Under the pieces are notes generated by a model. The model was not told the DNA's origin, searched no databases, and worked only from the letters and a program-made list of their open reading frames with translations. Below are positions 8,946 through 17,741 of a stretch of DNA of 64,000 bases, piece by piece; position 1 is the stretch's first letter; every line of letters begins with the position of its first letter. Origin of the DNA: Candidatus Doudnabacteria bacterium (GTDB lineage Bacteria > Patescibacteriota > Doudnabacteria > UBA920 > 2-01-FULL-46-14); contig JBGQGB010000004.1 in assembly GCA_041497195.1 (NCBI GenBank), forward strand, positions 1,770 through 65,769, given 5' to 3'. The position numbers were made by a program, and so were the translations under genes.

Positions 8946-10697
8946 ATGGCTGACATACCAGAACCAATGCAAACTCCGCCCACCTCAGGTCCGGCGGGCA
9001 AAATATCAGGGCTTTTTAGCCGGTTCAACAAACCGCTTTGGTTAACTTTGATAATTTTGGCCGCGCTGACTTTGGTGTCGGTTGTTTATGTTTTGTTTTT
9101 CCGCGGGATAGGAATGAAACAAAGTTATAAGGGCGACCTGAAAGTCTCCGTCCAAGCTCCCGATTCTTCCCCAACCGGTTCGGAACTGACTTATGGCGTT
9201 GATATCGAGAATCTGACAAACGTGAAAATGACCAATGTGACCTTGGAAGTTGTGTATCCGTCCGGTTTCACTTTTGTGAATTCGACTCCTGATCCGCAGG
9301 AAAGCTCGGCCCGGACTTTTGTCTTTCCTGACCTCGCGTCCCAGGGCAAGCAGCATTTGGCGATTGTGGGCAGGCTCGACGGCTCGGTCCAGGAAATCAA
9401 GACCCTGACCGTAAAACTCCATTACATACCTGTAAATTTTCGTTCTTCATTTGAGACAGACGCGAGCGCCACGACTGTCATCGCGGCCCCGGCTCTGGCG
9501 ATGCACCTCGCCGCGCCCGCCCAGTTCATCACAGGTGAGCTGATCAATTACCAATTGCAAGTTACTAACGTAGCTACTCATCCTTTCTCCGGCGTAGGCT
9601 TGAAACTCTCTTACCCGGAAAAATTCCAGTTTAACAAAGCTGACAATCTCCAGCCAAACCAGACCTCAGACCGGGGGAGCGAATGGGATATCAGCAACAT
9701 TGATATCGGCCAGTCACTCAATTTTTCCGTGTTGGGACGTTTATCCCAGGAGCCGGGCAAAGAAGCTGCGGTCCAGGCGGAAATTTTTCTGAAAAGTCCG
9801 GACGGGAACGTGGTTTCCGCGGGACAGATTTCCGCGGTCACGCAGATGTTGCCGTCGCCTCTGATCCTGACCCAAAGGCTTATCAAGCCCCCGGATGTTT
9901 TTTTGCAGGGCCAAGATTTGAATTATGAGGTTGATTATCAGAATGTCAGCCAAGTGGGACTGACCAACGTCGTCGTCCAACTGGATTTTGATACACAGGT
10001 GTTCGATTATACCAAACTCCGCATAGAGAAAGGCCAGCTGAAAAACAATACCATTGTCTGGACCCCTGCCCAGCTTCCCGAGCTCCTGGCCATGCAGCCG
10101 AATCAGCAAGGGCAGTTCCAATTTAGCATCGCCTTGAAGGCCAACCTGGCCGGTAGTAGTGTAAAAAATTCCACCCTGCGCACGCGGCTACAATATACTT
10201 CGCAGGAACTCTCCGAGCCGATTTTCGGCAACACTCTGGAGTATAAAGTCCAGAGCGAAATGCAGGTTGTGGCGAGCGCGAAGCTTATTTCCGGAGCAAA
10301 CCCGCCGGTGGTGGGCCTCCCCACGACTTATCAGATCGATTTGACCGTGACCAACGGAGTGAACGACGTCAGTCAGGCGATTCTCTTGGCAACGATCCCG
10401 CGGACAGAGGCGCAGTTTTCTGTGGCTGCAGTCAATCCGCCGGAGGAGCAGGCCAACGTACAATTTGTCCCAGTGTCAGGGAGCTTGCGCTGGCAGCTCG
10501 GGGAAATTTTTGCACTGACCGGATCGTTTCATGATCCGCGGAAATTGTCCTTTCCCTTGACCGTCACGCCGACCGCCAGCGATAATCTCAACAGGCTGAC
10601 TTTGCTGCAAGGAATTCAGGCCAGCGGGACTGACAATTTTACCAGCAATGACCTCAAGTCAAATCAAATAGACTCTTTGGTTACCAGTAACCAATAG
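8946..10697 (+). CDS. Membrane-anchored protein with tandem Ig-like (DUF11-like) domains
   Basis: N-terminal TM; repeated G..l.Y.i.v.N.....l.nv.l...yP.gF.F units. Confidence 0.75.
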   Translation: MADIPEPMQTPPTSGPAGKISGLFSRFNKPLWLTLIILAALTLVSVVYVLFFRGIGMKQSYKGDLKVSVQAPDSSPTGSELTYGVDIENLTNVKMTNVTLEVVYPSGFTFVNSTPDPQESSARTFVFPDLASQGKQHLAIVGRLDGSVQEIKTLTVKLHYIPVNFRSSFETDASATTVIAAPALAMHLAAPAQFITGELINYQLQVTNVATHPFSGVGLKLSYPEKFQFNKADNLQPNQTSDRGSEWDISNIDIGQSLNFSVLGRLSQEPGKEAAVQAEIFLKSPDGNVVSAGQISAVTQMLPSPLILTQRLIKPPDVFLQGQDLNYEVDYQNVSQVGLTNVVVQLDFDTQVFDYTKLRIEKGQLKNNTIVWTPAQLPELLAMQPNQQGQFQFSIALKANLAGSSVKNSTLRTRLQYTSQELSEPIFGNTLEYKVQSEMQVVASAKLISGANPPVVGLPTTYQIDLTVTNGVNDVSQAILLATIPRTEAQFSVAAVNPPEEQANVQFVPVSGSLRWQLGEIFALTGSFHDPRKLSFPLTVTPTASDNLNRLTLLQGIQASGTDNFTSNDLKSNQIDSLVTSNQ

Positions 10698-10703
10698 GCA
10701 AAC

Positions 10704-10733
10704 AAAAACCCCTCCGTTTCGGAGGGTTTTTTT
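10704..10733. terminator. Bidirectional intrinsic terminator
   Basis: AAAAACCCCTCCG-TTT-CGGAGGGTTTTT between convergent genes. Confidence 0.85.
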
Positions 10734-11895
10734 ATGGATGGAGGTAGTTTAGAGGATTTACCGCCTGGCCGTTGAATCTGAGCTCGAAGTGCAGATGCGG
10801 ACCAGTCGAGTGTCCGGTCGAACCGGAAATCATAATTTCCTGGCCTTGTTTGACATGCTCGCCGGCAGTGACCAGCAATTTTGAACCGTGTCCGTAACGG
10901 GTGGTCACTCCATTGCCGTGGTTCAAAAGTATGGTATTGCCGTAGCCGCCTTGCCACCCGGCGATTTCCACTACTCCGTCCGCCGCGGCCACAATCGCGC
11001 AATTTTTGCATGGAATATCTACGGCAGGGTGGCCACTCCAAAAACCCTGGCTCAATTTGGTCGCCCCCGGCTCCGGCCAGACAAAGCCGCTGCTGGCGCC
11101 CCTGTAGTCAGCGGGGACGGCTACTTTTTTGTAGTCTTCTCTGGTCAACCCGGCTAGATATTGTTGACGTTGGGGTGAGGGCGGATTTTGTTTCGTGCCA
11201 TTCGGAATGATTAGTTGATCACCGGGCTGGATATAATCTGCGATTTCGATGTCATTGTAATCCAGGATTTCGGCAGGGTCGACGCCATATTTTTTGGCAA
11301 TGCTATAAACCGTTTCCCCTTTTAGTACAGTATGTGCAATCCCGGACACCGGCAGGATTTTCAGTTCTTGGCCGGGTTTCAGGGAGCTGGTCGTAGAGAT
11401 ATTATTTTCCCAAGCAATGGTATCTATGGTGACGCCATAGGCTGAAGCAATGCGCGTCAGGGTATCACCGCCGCGGACTTGATAGACCTCGATGTCTCTC
11501 TTCACCTGCAGGCCGTCGCTGGAGGCGGGATTGGGTTTGATCATAGTGGAACCGGACAGCATCGGCAGAGGAACTGCCGGCGCTGGATCGGTTTTTTGTA
11601 CGGTCGACGCGCCCAGCACTTCCGGGCCTGTGGGCAGGCTGGTCGTGCTGGCCAGTTTCAAGCTCACCGTTTCGTAGGCGTTCAGTAATTTTCCGTTGAG
11701 GTTCGAGTGGGTTTTGAGGTAAACAAAAAACAAACTCCGGTTGAGAACCGCGGCAGTCTTGGCAGAGTTTGTTCGAAGGTAAAGATTAGTGCCGGCCGTG
11801 AAACCTGTAATCACAATCAAAAGGAGTTCGACTGCAAAATATGTGTGCAGGTTGCGGGCTTTGATTTTACTGAAAATACGGCTGAATCTAGCCAT
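10732..11895 (-). CDS. LysM-domain M23 family peptidoglycan endopeptidase
   Basis: Two LysM repeats (Y.V..GDTL..IA..YGV); HxxxD (HPAVD); YGH; TGPHLHFE. Confidence 0.93.
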   Translation of the reverse strand: MARFSRIFSKIKARNLHTYFAVELLLIVITGFTAGTNLYLRTNSAKTAAVLNRSLFFVYLKTHSNLNGKLLNAYETVSLKLASTTSLPTGPEVLGASTVQKTDPAPAVPLPMLSGSTMIKPNPASSDGLQVKRDIEVYQVRGGDTLTRIASAYGVTIDTIAWENNISTTSSLKPGQELKILPVSGIAHTVLKGETVYSIAKKYGVDPAEILDYNDIEIADYIQPGDQLIIPNGTKQNPPSPQRQQYLAGLTREDYKKVAVPADYRGASSGFVWPEPGATKLSQGFWSGHPAVDIPCKNCAIVAAADGVVEIAGWQGGYGNTILLNHGNGVTTRYGHGSKLLVTAGEHVKQGQEIMISGSTGHSTGPHLHFELRFNGQAVNPLNYLHP

Positions 11896-12236
11896 TGGTC
11901 AGGTTAGTAATCAGGGGTTATCGCTTCATTTACGATAATAGTGAATTTATCACAAATCGACTCTTGCGGTCAAGGGGATAAGGTCTTGCCAAAAGTTCAA
12001 ATTTCAGGGTTTTTTTGGCTTATTTAAGGCAAAATTTTGTCAAACCGAAGTGTCCACACCAATGGTTTTTTGGCTTAGGCTAGGGCTTTTCGCCAAAAAA
12101 GAAAAATCATTTTTTTAAAACAAATTTTACCGAGGTTTGGCAAGCTTTATCTGGTTTTTTTCCAAGACGTCCAGAGACTCAAGAACCTATCAAAAATCAA
12201 GGTGACAATCTCGGCTAAAACCGGTATGTTTAGTTC

Positions 12237-14333
12237 ATGAAAGATTTTTTAGCGGGGTTGAATGAGGAGCAGCGTGTGGCTGTGACCGCTCCTCTGGGTT
12301 CGGTTTTGGTTTTGGCCGGAGCCGGTTCAGGCAAGACCCGGGTTTTGACTTTCCGGATCGCTTATTTGTTGGGGCAAAAAACGTTTCGTCCCGCTGATAT
12401 CCTGGCTTTGACTTTTACCAACAAAGCCGCTGGCGAAATGCGCGAGCGGATAGAAAAACTTTTGGGCGGTTCGATCGCCGGCAAACGAAGCGGACCCTCT
12501 GTACCCGTCTTGACCATGGGAACGTTTCACTCAGTGTGTGCCAGATTGTTGCGCGTGGAGATAGAAAAACTCAATCGCGGCTATGACCACAACTTTGTGA
12601 TTTATGATACGGATGACGCGCTGCGACTCTTGAAGCAAATCACCTTGGAGCTCGGGATCAGCGAGCGGATCCGTCCGCAGGTTTTGGCTTATTACATCAG
12701 TGCAGCCAAAAATCGTCTGACCAGTCCCGCCGGCCTGGCCTTAGAAAGCTCCTTTGTCGCAGAAACTCTGGAGCAAGTCTATGAACTTTATGAAAAAAAT
12801 CTGCAGAAGCATAATGCCCTGGATTTTGACGATCTGTTGCGCTTGACCTGTGAATTGTTCATGACCCACCCGGCTGTTTTAGCTAAGTATCGAAAACGGT
12901 TCAAATACGTTTTGGTGGACGAATATCAGGATACCAACCACGCCCAGTACATGTTTTTGAAGTTTTTGGTGGAAGAGCACCAGAACCTGTTCGTGGTGGG
13001 CGATGACGCGCAGAGTATTTACGGGTTTCGCGGGGCCAATATGCAGAACATTCTGGATTTTCAAAAAGACTACCCCAAGGCCACAGTTGTAATGCTGCAG
13101 CAGAATTACCGTTCCACGCAAACCATTTTGGATGCCGCGGCGGAGGTCATCAAGCTCAACCCGACCCAGTATGAAAAAAAACTCTGGACCGAAAACAGCG
13201 CCGGGAGCAAGATTAATCTCTATGAGGCGGCAGACGAGCTCGACGAAAGCAGTTTCGTGCTCAGGCAGATTCTGCGCAGTGTCCCATACGCCAATGGTCA
13301 GGCTCTAGCTGAGGCAGAGGCCGAGCTGGTGTACGAGCCGGAAGCCACCCCGATCCTCGACCGATTTTTCAAAGCCGAGCGGCGACCAGCAGTGCCACGC
13401 GTGTCTACCCTGGAGATGCCTGCGGATCTCGGGCAAAACGTCGTCCTTTACCGGACCCACGCGCAAAGTCGTCCTTTGGAAGAAGTTTTTTTGACCGCTG
13501 GCGTACCTTATCAGATCATCGGCGGCATCAAATTTTACGAACGCAAAGAAATCAAAGACGTCATTTCCTATCTGCGCTTGCTGTTGAATCCGCGCGATCT
13601 GGTCAGCTTGGCCCGGATCATCAACCTTCCCGCGCGCGGGATCGGTCCGGCGAATCTCAAAACCCTGACCAAAGCGTTTTCTGCATACGAACATAATTAC
13701 ACCAGACTTTTACGCAATGTTGACGAGCTGTCTCTCCAGCCCAAGGCCTTAGCCGGGGCCAGAGATTTTTTGTCACTTTATGTGGTCGCCAAAAAGTTAG
13801 CCAAAACCAAGACTCTGCCGGAAGTGATGCATTTGATGCTCAATCGCTCCGGCTACAAAGACCAGCTCCTCGACGGCTCTACAGAAGGCGAAGCCCGCTG
13901 GGAAAATATCGAAGAACTGTTCAATGTTGCTGTCCGCTACAAACACCTGCCGTGGGCCGAGGGCTTGCAGGCTTTTCTGCAGGAAGTGGCTCTGATGACT
14001 GACCTCGACAGCATGGAGGAACAGGGCAACAAGCTGACCTTGATGACCCTGCACTCAGCCAAAGGCCTGGAGTTTGAGAATGTCTTCATGGTCGGGCTGG
14101 AAGAGGGATTGCTGCCTCATTCCCGCGCTCTGTTGTCGCCGCAGGAAATCGCCGAGGAAGTGAGGCTCGCTTATGTCGGCATCACCAGAGCGAAGCAAAA
14201 TCTCTATTTGAGTTATGCCAGACAACGGCAGACCTTCGGCGAGACCAAGCGGGCCATCCCGTCTCGTATCCTCAAAGCCATACCGAAAAAGCTGATCAAC
14301 AAGATTCCCAATTTTTCCATTCAAGAAAATTAG
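12237..14333 (+). CDS. pcrA: UvrD/PcrA-family ATP-dependent DNA helicase
   Basis: AGAGSGKT, TFTNKAA, VDEYQD, GDDAQSIYGFRGA, LMTLHSAKGLEF, YVGITRAK. Confidence 0.95.
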   Translation: MKDFLAGLNEEQRVAVTAPLGSVLVLAGAGSGKTRVLTFRIAYLLGQKTFRPADILALTFTNKAAGEMRERIEKLLGGSIAGKRSGPSVPVLTMGTFHSVCARLLRVEIEKLNRGYDHNFVIYDTDDALRLLKQITLELGISERIRPQVLAYYISAAKNRLTSPAGLALESSFVAETLEQVYELYEKNLQKHNALDFDDLLRLTCELFMTHPAVLAKYRKRFKYVLVDEYQDTNHAQYMFLKFLVEEHQNLFVVGDDAQSIYGFRGANMQNILDFQKDYPKATVVMLQQNYRSTQTILDAAAEVIKLNPTQYEKKLWTENSAGSKINLYEAADELDESSFVLRQILRSVPYANGQALAEAEAELVYEPEATPILDRFFKAERRPAVPRVSTLEMPADLGQNVVLYRTHAQSRPLEEVFLTAGVPYQIIGGIKFYERKEIKDVISYLRLLLNPRDLVSLARIINLPARGIGPANLKTLTKAFSAYEHNYTRLLRNVDELSLQPKALAGARDFLSLYVVAKKLAKTKTLPEVMHLMLNRSGYKDQLLDGSTEGEARWENIEELFNVAVRYKHLPWAEGLQAFLQEVALMTDLDSMEEQGNKLTLMTLHSAKGLEFENVFMVGLEEGLLPHSRALLSPQEIAEEVRLAYVGITRAKQNLYLSYARQRQTFGETKRAIPSRILKAIPKKLINKIPNFSIQEN

Positions 14334-15275
14334 ATGCGCCGTCCGATTATTTTTACCCTGATTTTATTTGTCGGCATTGCCTTGGGGTTTTTTTTCCGCG
14401 AGCTTTTACCGGGGAAGCCTGTGGGCGCCAAGGTGGTCAGGATTGAGAGTCGGGGCTTGAGTTACCATTTGGCGACCAAAGCGAAAACAGTCGGGGAGGC
14501 GCTGGCTGCGGAAAATTTCCAAACGCAGGACAGCCGCATTGTTCCCGATCCCAGCGCATCCCTGACTGGCGGCATGACCATTGAGGTCGCCAAAGCCTTG
14601 ACTGTCAATCTAGTGGATGGCGGCAACCGCAGTCAGGTCGTCACCCACGCCGCCACGGTTGGGGATTTTTTGTTCGAACAAAAAATCGCACTGGCCGCCA
14701 CTGACCGGGTCACCCCGGATTTTTCGCAATTTTTGGGCGAGGGCATGACTGTCACGATTGACCGGATTGTGGATCTAGAAGTTGTTGAGGCTCATGATAT
14801 TCCTTTTGAAATTATCCGGCGCGACGATCCCCTCGTCTTTTACGGTCAAGCAAAAATCCTGACCCCGGGTATATTAGGCCAAAAGGAGCAGACCTTTTTG
14901 ATTACCTATAAAAACGGGGTCGAAATCAAGCGGAAATTGGAGAAAGCCAAGGTTTTGGAAAAACCTCATTCGGAAATTCGCGATTTTGGCACCAAAATCA
15001 TGGTCCAAGAAACCCGGGACGGGCGCGCCAGTTGGTATGCGTTTCGCGGCTGCATGTGCGCGGCGCACCCGTTTTACGCGAAAGGGCGATTCGTGCGCGT
15101 CACTTCAGAAGCCACGGGCAAAAGCATTATTGTTGAGATCAATGACCTTGGGCCGGACCTCGGCATTCATCCCGACCGCATCATTGATCTCGATTCCGTG
15201 GCTTTCAAACAACTAGCCCCGCTGAATTCCGGTACACTGGGAGTCAGGGTGGAGCTTCTCCAAGATGGAAATTAG
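14334..15275 (+). CDS. YabE/RpfB-like cell-wall protein (DUF348 x2, G5, RlpA-like DPBB domain)
   Basis: TVG(E/D)xL DUF348 repeats; G5 domain; G.ASWY..AAHP...V.IND.GP....RIIDL; lies directly upstream of rsmA. Confidence 0.85.
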   Translation: MRRPIIFTLILFVGIALGFFFRELLPGKPVGAKVVRIESRGLSYHLATKAKTVGEALAAENFQTQDSRIVPDPSASLTGGMTIEVAKALTVNLVDGGNRSQVVTHAATVGDFLFEQKIALAATDRVTPDFSQFLGEGMTVTIDRIVDLEVVEAHDIPFEIIRRDDPLVFYGQAKILTPGILGQKEQTFLITYKNGVEIKRKLEKAKVLEKPHSEIRDFGTKIMVQETRDGRASWYAFRGCMCAAHPFYAKGRFVRVTSEATGKSIIVEINDLGPDLGIHPDRIIDLDSVAFKQLAPLNSGTLGVRVELLQDGN

Positions 15276-16116
15276 AGAATTGCAAAAACAGTTGGCCCAA
15301 TTCCGCATCCGGCCCGATAAACGGCTGGGGCAGAATTTTTTGCTCTCCGACGAGGTACTCGAGCAAATCGTCAGCGCCGCGGACCTGGGCATCACTGACG
15401 AAGTTTTGGAGATCGGTCCGGGTTTGGGATTTTTGACCAGACGCCTGGCGGACAAAGTGTCTCGCGTTTACGCGGTGGAAAAGGACCGCCACCTGGCCCT
15501 GGCCCTGCGAAAAATTTTCAGAAAAAACCGCACGGTCACAGTCATCCAGGATGACGGTTTGTTTTTTGTGCCAGGAAGCGTCGGACTGAAACCCTGGCAA
15601 TACAAACTGGTCGCCAACCTGCCCTATTACATCACCGGCAAGATTTTGCAGGTTTTTTTGACCGCGCCAACCAAACCATCCCTAATGGTGCTGATGGTCC
15701 AAAAAGAAGTAGGGGAGCGGCTGACCGCCCAGCCAGGGCAGATGTCTTTGCTGTCAGTCTCTGCCCAGTTTTATTCAAACCCGGAAATCATTGGTTTTGT
15801 GCCAAAGCAAAATTTTTATCCGCAACCCGAGGTGGACAGCGCGATTGTGCGGCTCCAGGTTTTGCCGCAGCCGCGGCTGCCGGTTGATGAGGCGAAGTTT
15901 TTTCAGCTGGTGAAAATCAGCTTTGCCAACAAACGCAAACAACTGCACAACAATCTGATGAGCGTGCCCTTGGGTGACGCTGGTTCGCCGGCGCGGCCTG
16001 ACTTCAAGCAGATCTTGGCAGATTTGGGTCTCAGCGCCACCGTAAGGCCCCAAGAACTCTCGGTGGAAGATTGGGGACGGCTCTATGCTAGACTGTTTCC
16101 CGCACAAACCGAATAA
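15265..16116 (+). CDS. rsmA: 16S rRNA dimethyltransferase RsmA/KsgA
   Basis: KRLGQNFL, VLEIGPGLG, VANLPYYIT, MVQKEV, P.PEVDSA. Confidence 0.97.
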   Translation: MEIRELQKQLAQFRIRPDKRLGQNFLLSDEVLEQIVSAADLGITDEVLEIGPGLGFLTRRLADKVSRVYAVEKDRHLALALRKIFRKNRTVTVIQDDGLFFVPGSVGLKPWQYKLVANLPYYITGKILQVFLTAPTKPSLMVLMVQKEVGERLTAQPGQMSLLSVSAQFYSNPEIIGFVPKQNFYPQPEVDSAIVRLQVLPQPRLPVDEAKFFQLVKISFANKRKQLHNNLMSVPLGDAGSPARPDFKQILADLGLSATVRPQELSVEDWGRLYARLFPAQTE

Positions 16117-16196
16117 TCCGGGCAGTAGATATCAGAAGGAAAAAAATCCGCAATCACCTGTGGTTTGGGCCTTGCGGAAGTTTGGCTCCGTTTAGC

Positions 16197-16236
16197 ACCC
16201 CTCCGGTTGACACGAGGGGTTCTTTTATGCTATAAT
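16197..16236 (+). promoter_or_regulatory. Terminator hairpin (ACCCCTC...GAGGGGT-TCTTTT) overlapping a sigma70 promoter TTGACA-N18-TATAAT of the T4SS-like locus
   Basis: TTGACA 16207-16212 lies in the hairpin loop; TGc-TATAAT 16231-16236. Confidence 0.7.
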
Positions 16237-16300
16237 GGTTATAGAAAAATCCAGTATAGGAAACAAAAAGGAAAACAAAAAAACAAAAGAATAAGCCCAA

Positions 16301-17299
16301 ATGGCGTCTTTAATGCATGACTTTTTGGAGAGTCAGCGGCTAGCCCACCGATTCCGTAAATTCGTTTTACCATCGGTCATTTTGCTTGCGGTAGTGGTGG
16401 CTGGGGCCGCTGGTTTTTATTTTTACCAGAAACACCAATCCAACCCGGCTCCTACGGCCAAAGCCAGCACCAGCCAAGTGGCGGGAGCGCAAGCGACTAC
16501 TGCTGCAGCGCAGCAGCTACCCCAGGATTGGGTCTTGAAGTATTTTCATACTGCAAACGAAAATGATCCCAAAGTCGGCGGTGCGGCCGGTGATCCGGAT
16601 CATGATTTTTTGTCGAATTATCAAGAATATATTTACGGGACTGATCCGACCAAAGCCGATACTGATGGGGACGGGTCAGTGGATGGAGCAGAGGTGGCGC
16701 TAGGACGTAGTCCCCTCGGCAGTGGTGATTTGGTGTTAACCAATCAGGAGACCAACTATCTCCAGGACCTGGTAAATTCAAATCAAGATTATGCGAAGTT
16801 TTCTCAGGATAATATCCAAAAACAGTTGACACAGACGTTTCAACCGGACAGAGCCGTAGTCATGGATTTTCCCCAAGATTCGGAAATCGTCATAATTAAT
16901 CAAAACGATCAAGCCGCCTTGGAAAGCTACTACAATAGCATGAAAGCTTTGACTGTTGTCGATCCTAGCGATCTAGTCAAGATGCAAAACGGATTGCTCG
17001 GACTCTCGCAAGACGATTTGAATAATTACATCACCAAATTACAAATCACTGTCAGTTTGCTGGAAAAAGTACCAGTGCCGTCGGGGGTCGTCAACATCCA
17101 AAAATTAAAGATAGCGGAGTTGCGCGCGGGGATACGAATGTTCGAGCTGGTTCGCGACGAATACCAAAACGGGACACCTGCCCCAACTTTTTGGTCGGAT
17201 TTGTTTTACCAAACAGTGATTGCCCAAAACTCCGCAGCTTTACAAGTGGTGGGATGGCAGCAGGTCGGTCAGCTGCTTCGGGATAAAGGCGGGATATAA
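16301..17299 (+). CDS. Membrane-anchored protein with DxDxDG (thrombospondin type-3-like Ca-binding) repeat
   Basis: TM helix; DPDHDFLSNYQEYIYGTDPTKADTDGDGSVDGAE. Confidence 0.75.
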   Translation: MASLMHDFLESQRLAHRFRKFVLPSVILLAVVVAGAAGFYFYQKHQSNPAPTAKASTSQVAGAQATTAAAQQLPQDWVLKYFHTANENDPKVGGAAGDPDHDFLSNYQEYIYGTDPTKADTDGDGSVDGAEVALGRSPLGSGDLVLTNQETNYLQDLVNSNQDYAKFSQDNIQKQLTQTFQPDRAVVMDFPQDSEIVIINQNDQAALESYYNSMKALTVVDPSDLVKMQNGLLGLSQDDLNNYITKLQITVSLLEKVPVPSGVVNIQKLKIAELRAGIRMFELVRDEYQNGTPAPTFWSDLFYQTVIAQNSAALQVVGWQQVGQLLRDKGGI

Positions 17300-17303
17300 A
17301 AAG

Positions 17304-17726
17304 ATGTCCTTACCAAAGAAGAGCCAAAACAGGAACAACAAAAAAATTTATATGGCAGTAGCTTTGATTACCTTGACGGTAGCAGCTTATTTTTTTGTTC
17401 TGCAAATACATCCCGCAGAAGCTTTCCTTTCGAGCACGGCGTGTCCGCCAATACTTCCGCCCCCGTTCAGCTGTTACGGCGGTCCCATAGTCGGCATTAT
17501 CCCCCCGTGGATCCCGCTCATTCCCAATCCTTTTGAATGTCTGGGGCCGCAGTATATCATTGGGCCGCCCCGGCCGGCGATAGTGGCTTTTATTCCAGGA
17601 ATTTCCCGGCTTTACGCTCGTTTTGCTCTTCGTGAGGGCGCAAACGTTTTGGGCAATGCCCTACCGGCGATTCCTTTTATTTGCGGGACCGCGGACATCA
17701 TTATGAAAATCGGGACTAGTTTTTAG
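17304..17726 (+). CDS. Small secreted Pro/Cys-rich protein
   Basis: Signal peptide (AEA-F), four Cys, ends VLG...C...IIMKIGTSF; ATG 4 nt after the upstream stop. Confidence 0.7.
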   Translation: MSLPKKSQNRNNKKIYMAVALITLTVAAYFFVLQIHPAEAFLSSTACPPILPPPFSCYGGPIVGIIPPWIPLIPNPFECLGPQYIIGPPRPAIVAFIPGISRLYARFALREGANVLGNALPAIPFICGTADIIMKIGTSF

Positions 17727-17741
17727 GCAACCCTCCAGTTT

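Noticed and set aside
11896-12236. AT-rich 340-nt intergenic region with GGTTTTTTGGCTTA twice and weak DnaA-box-like words, considered as oriC or CRISPR
   Set aside because: Only two short imperfect repeats, no perfect TTATCCACA cluster and no repeat-spacer periodicity; explained by divergent promoters.
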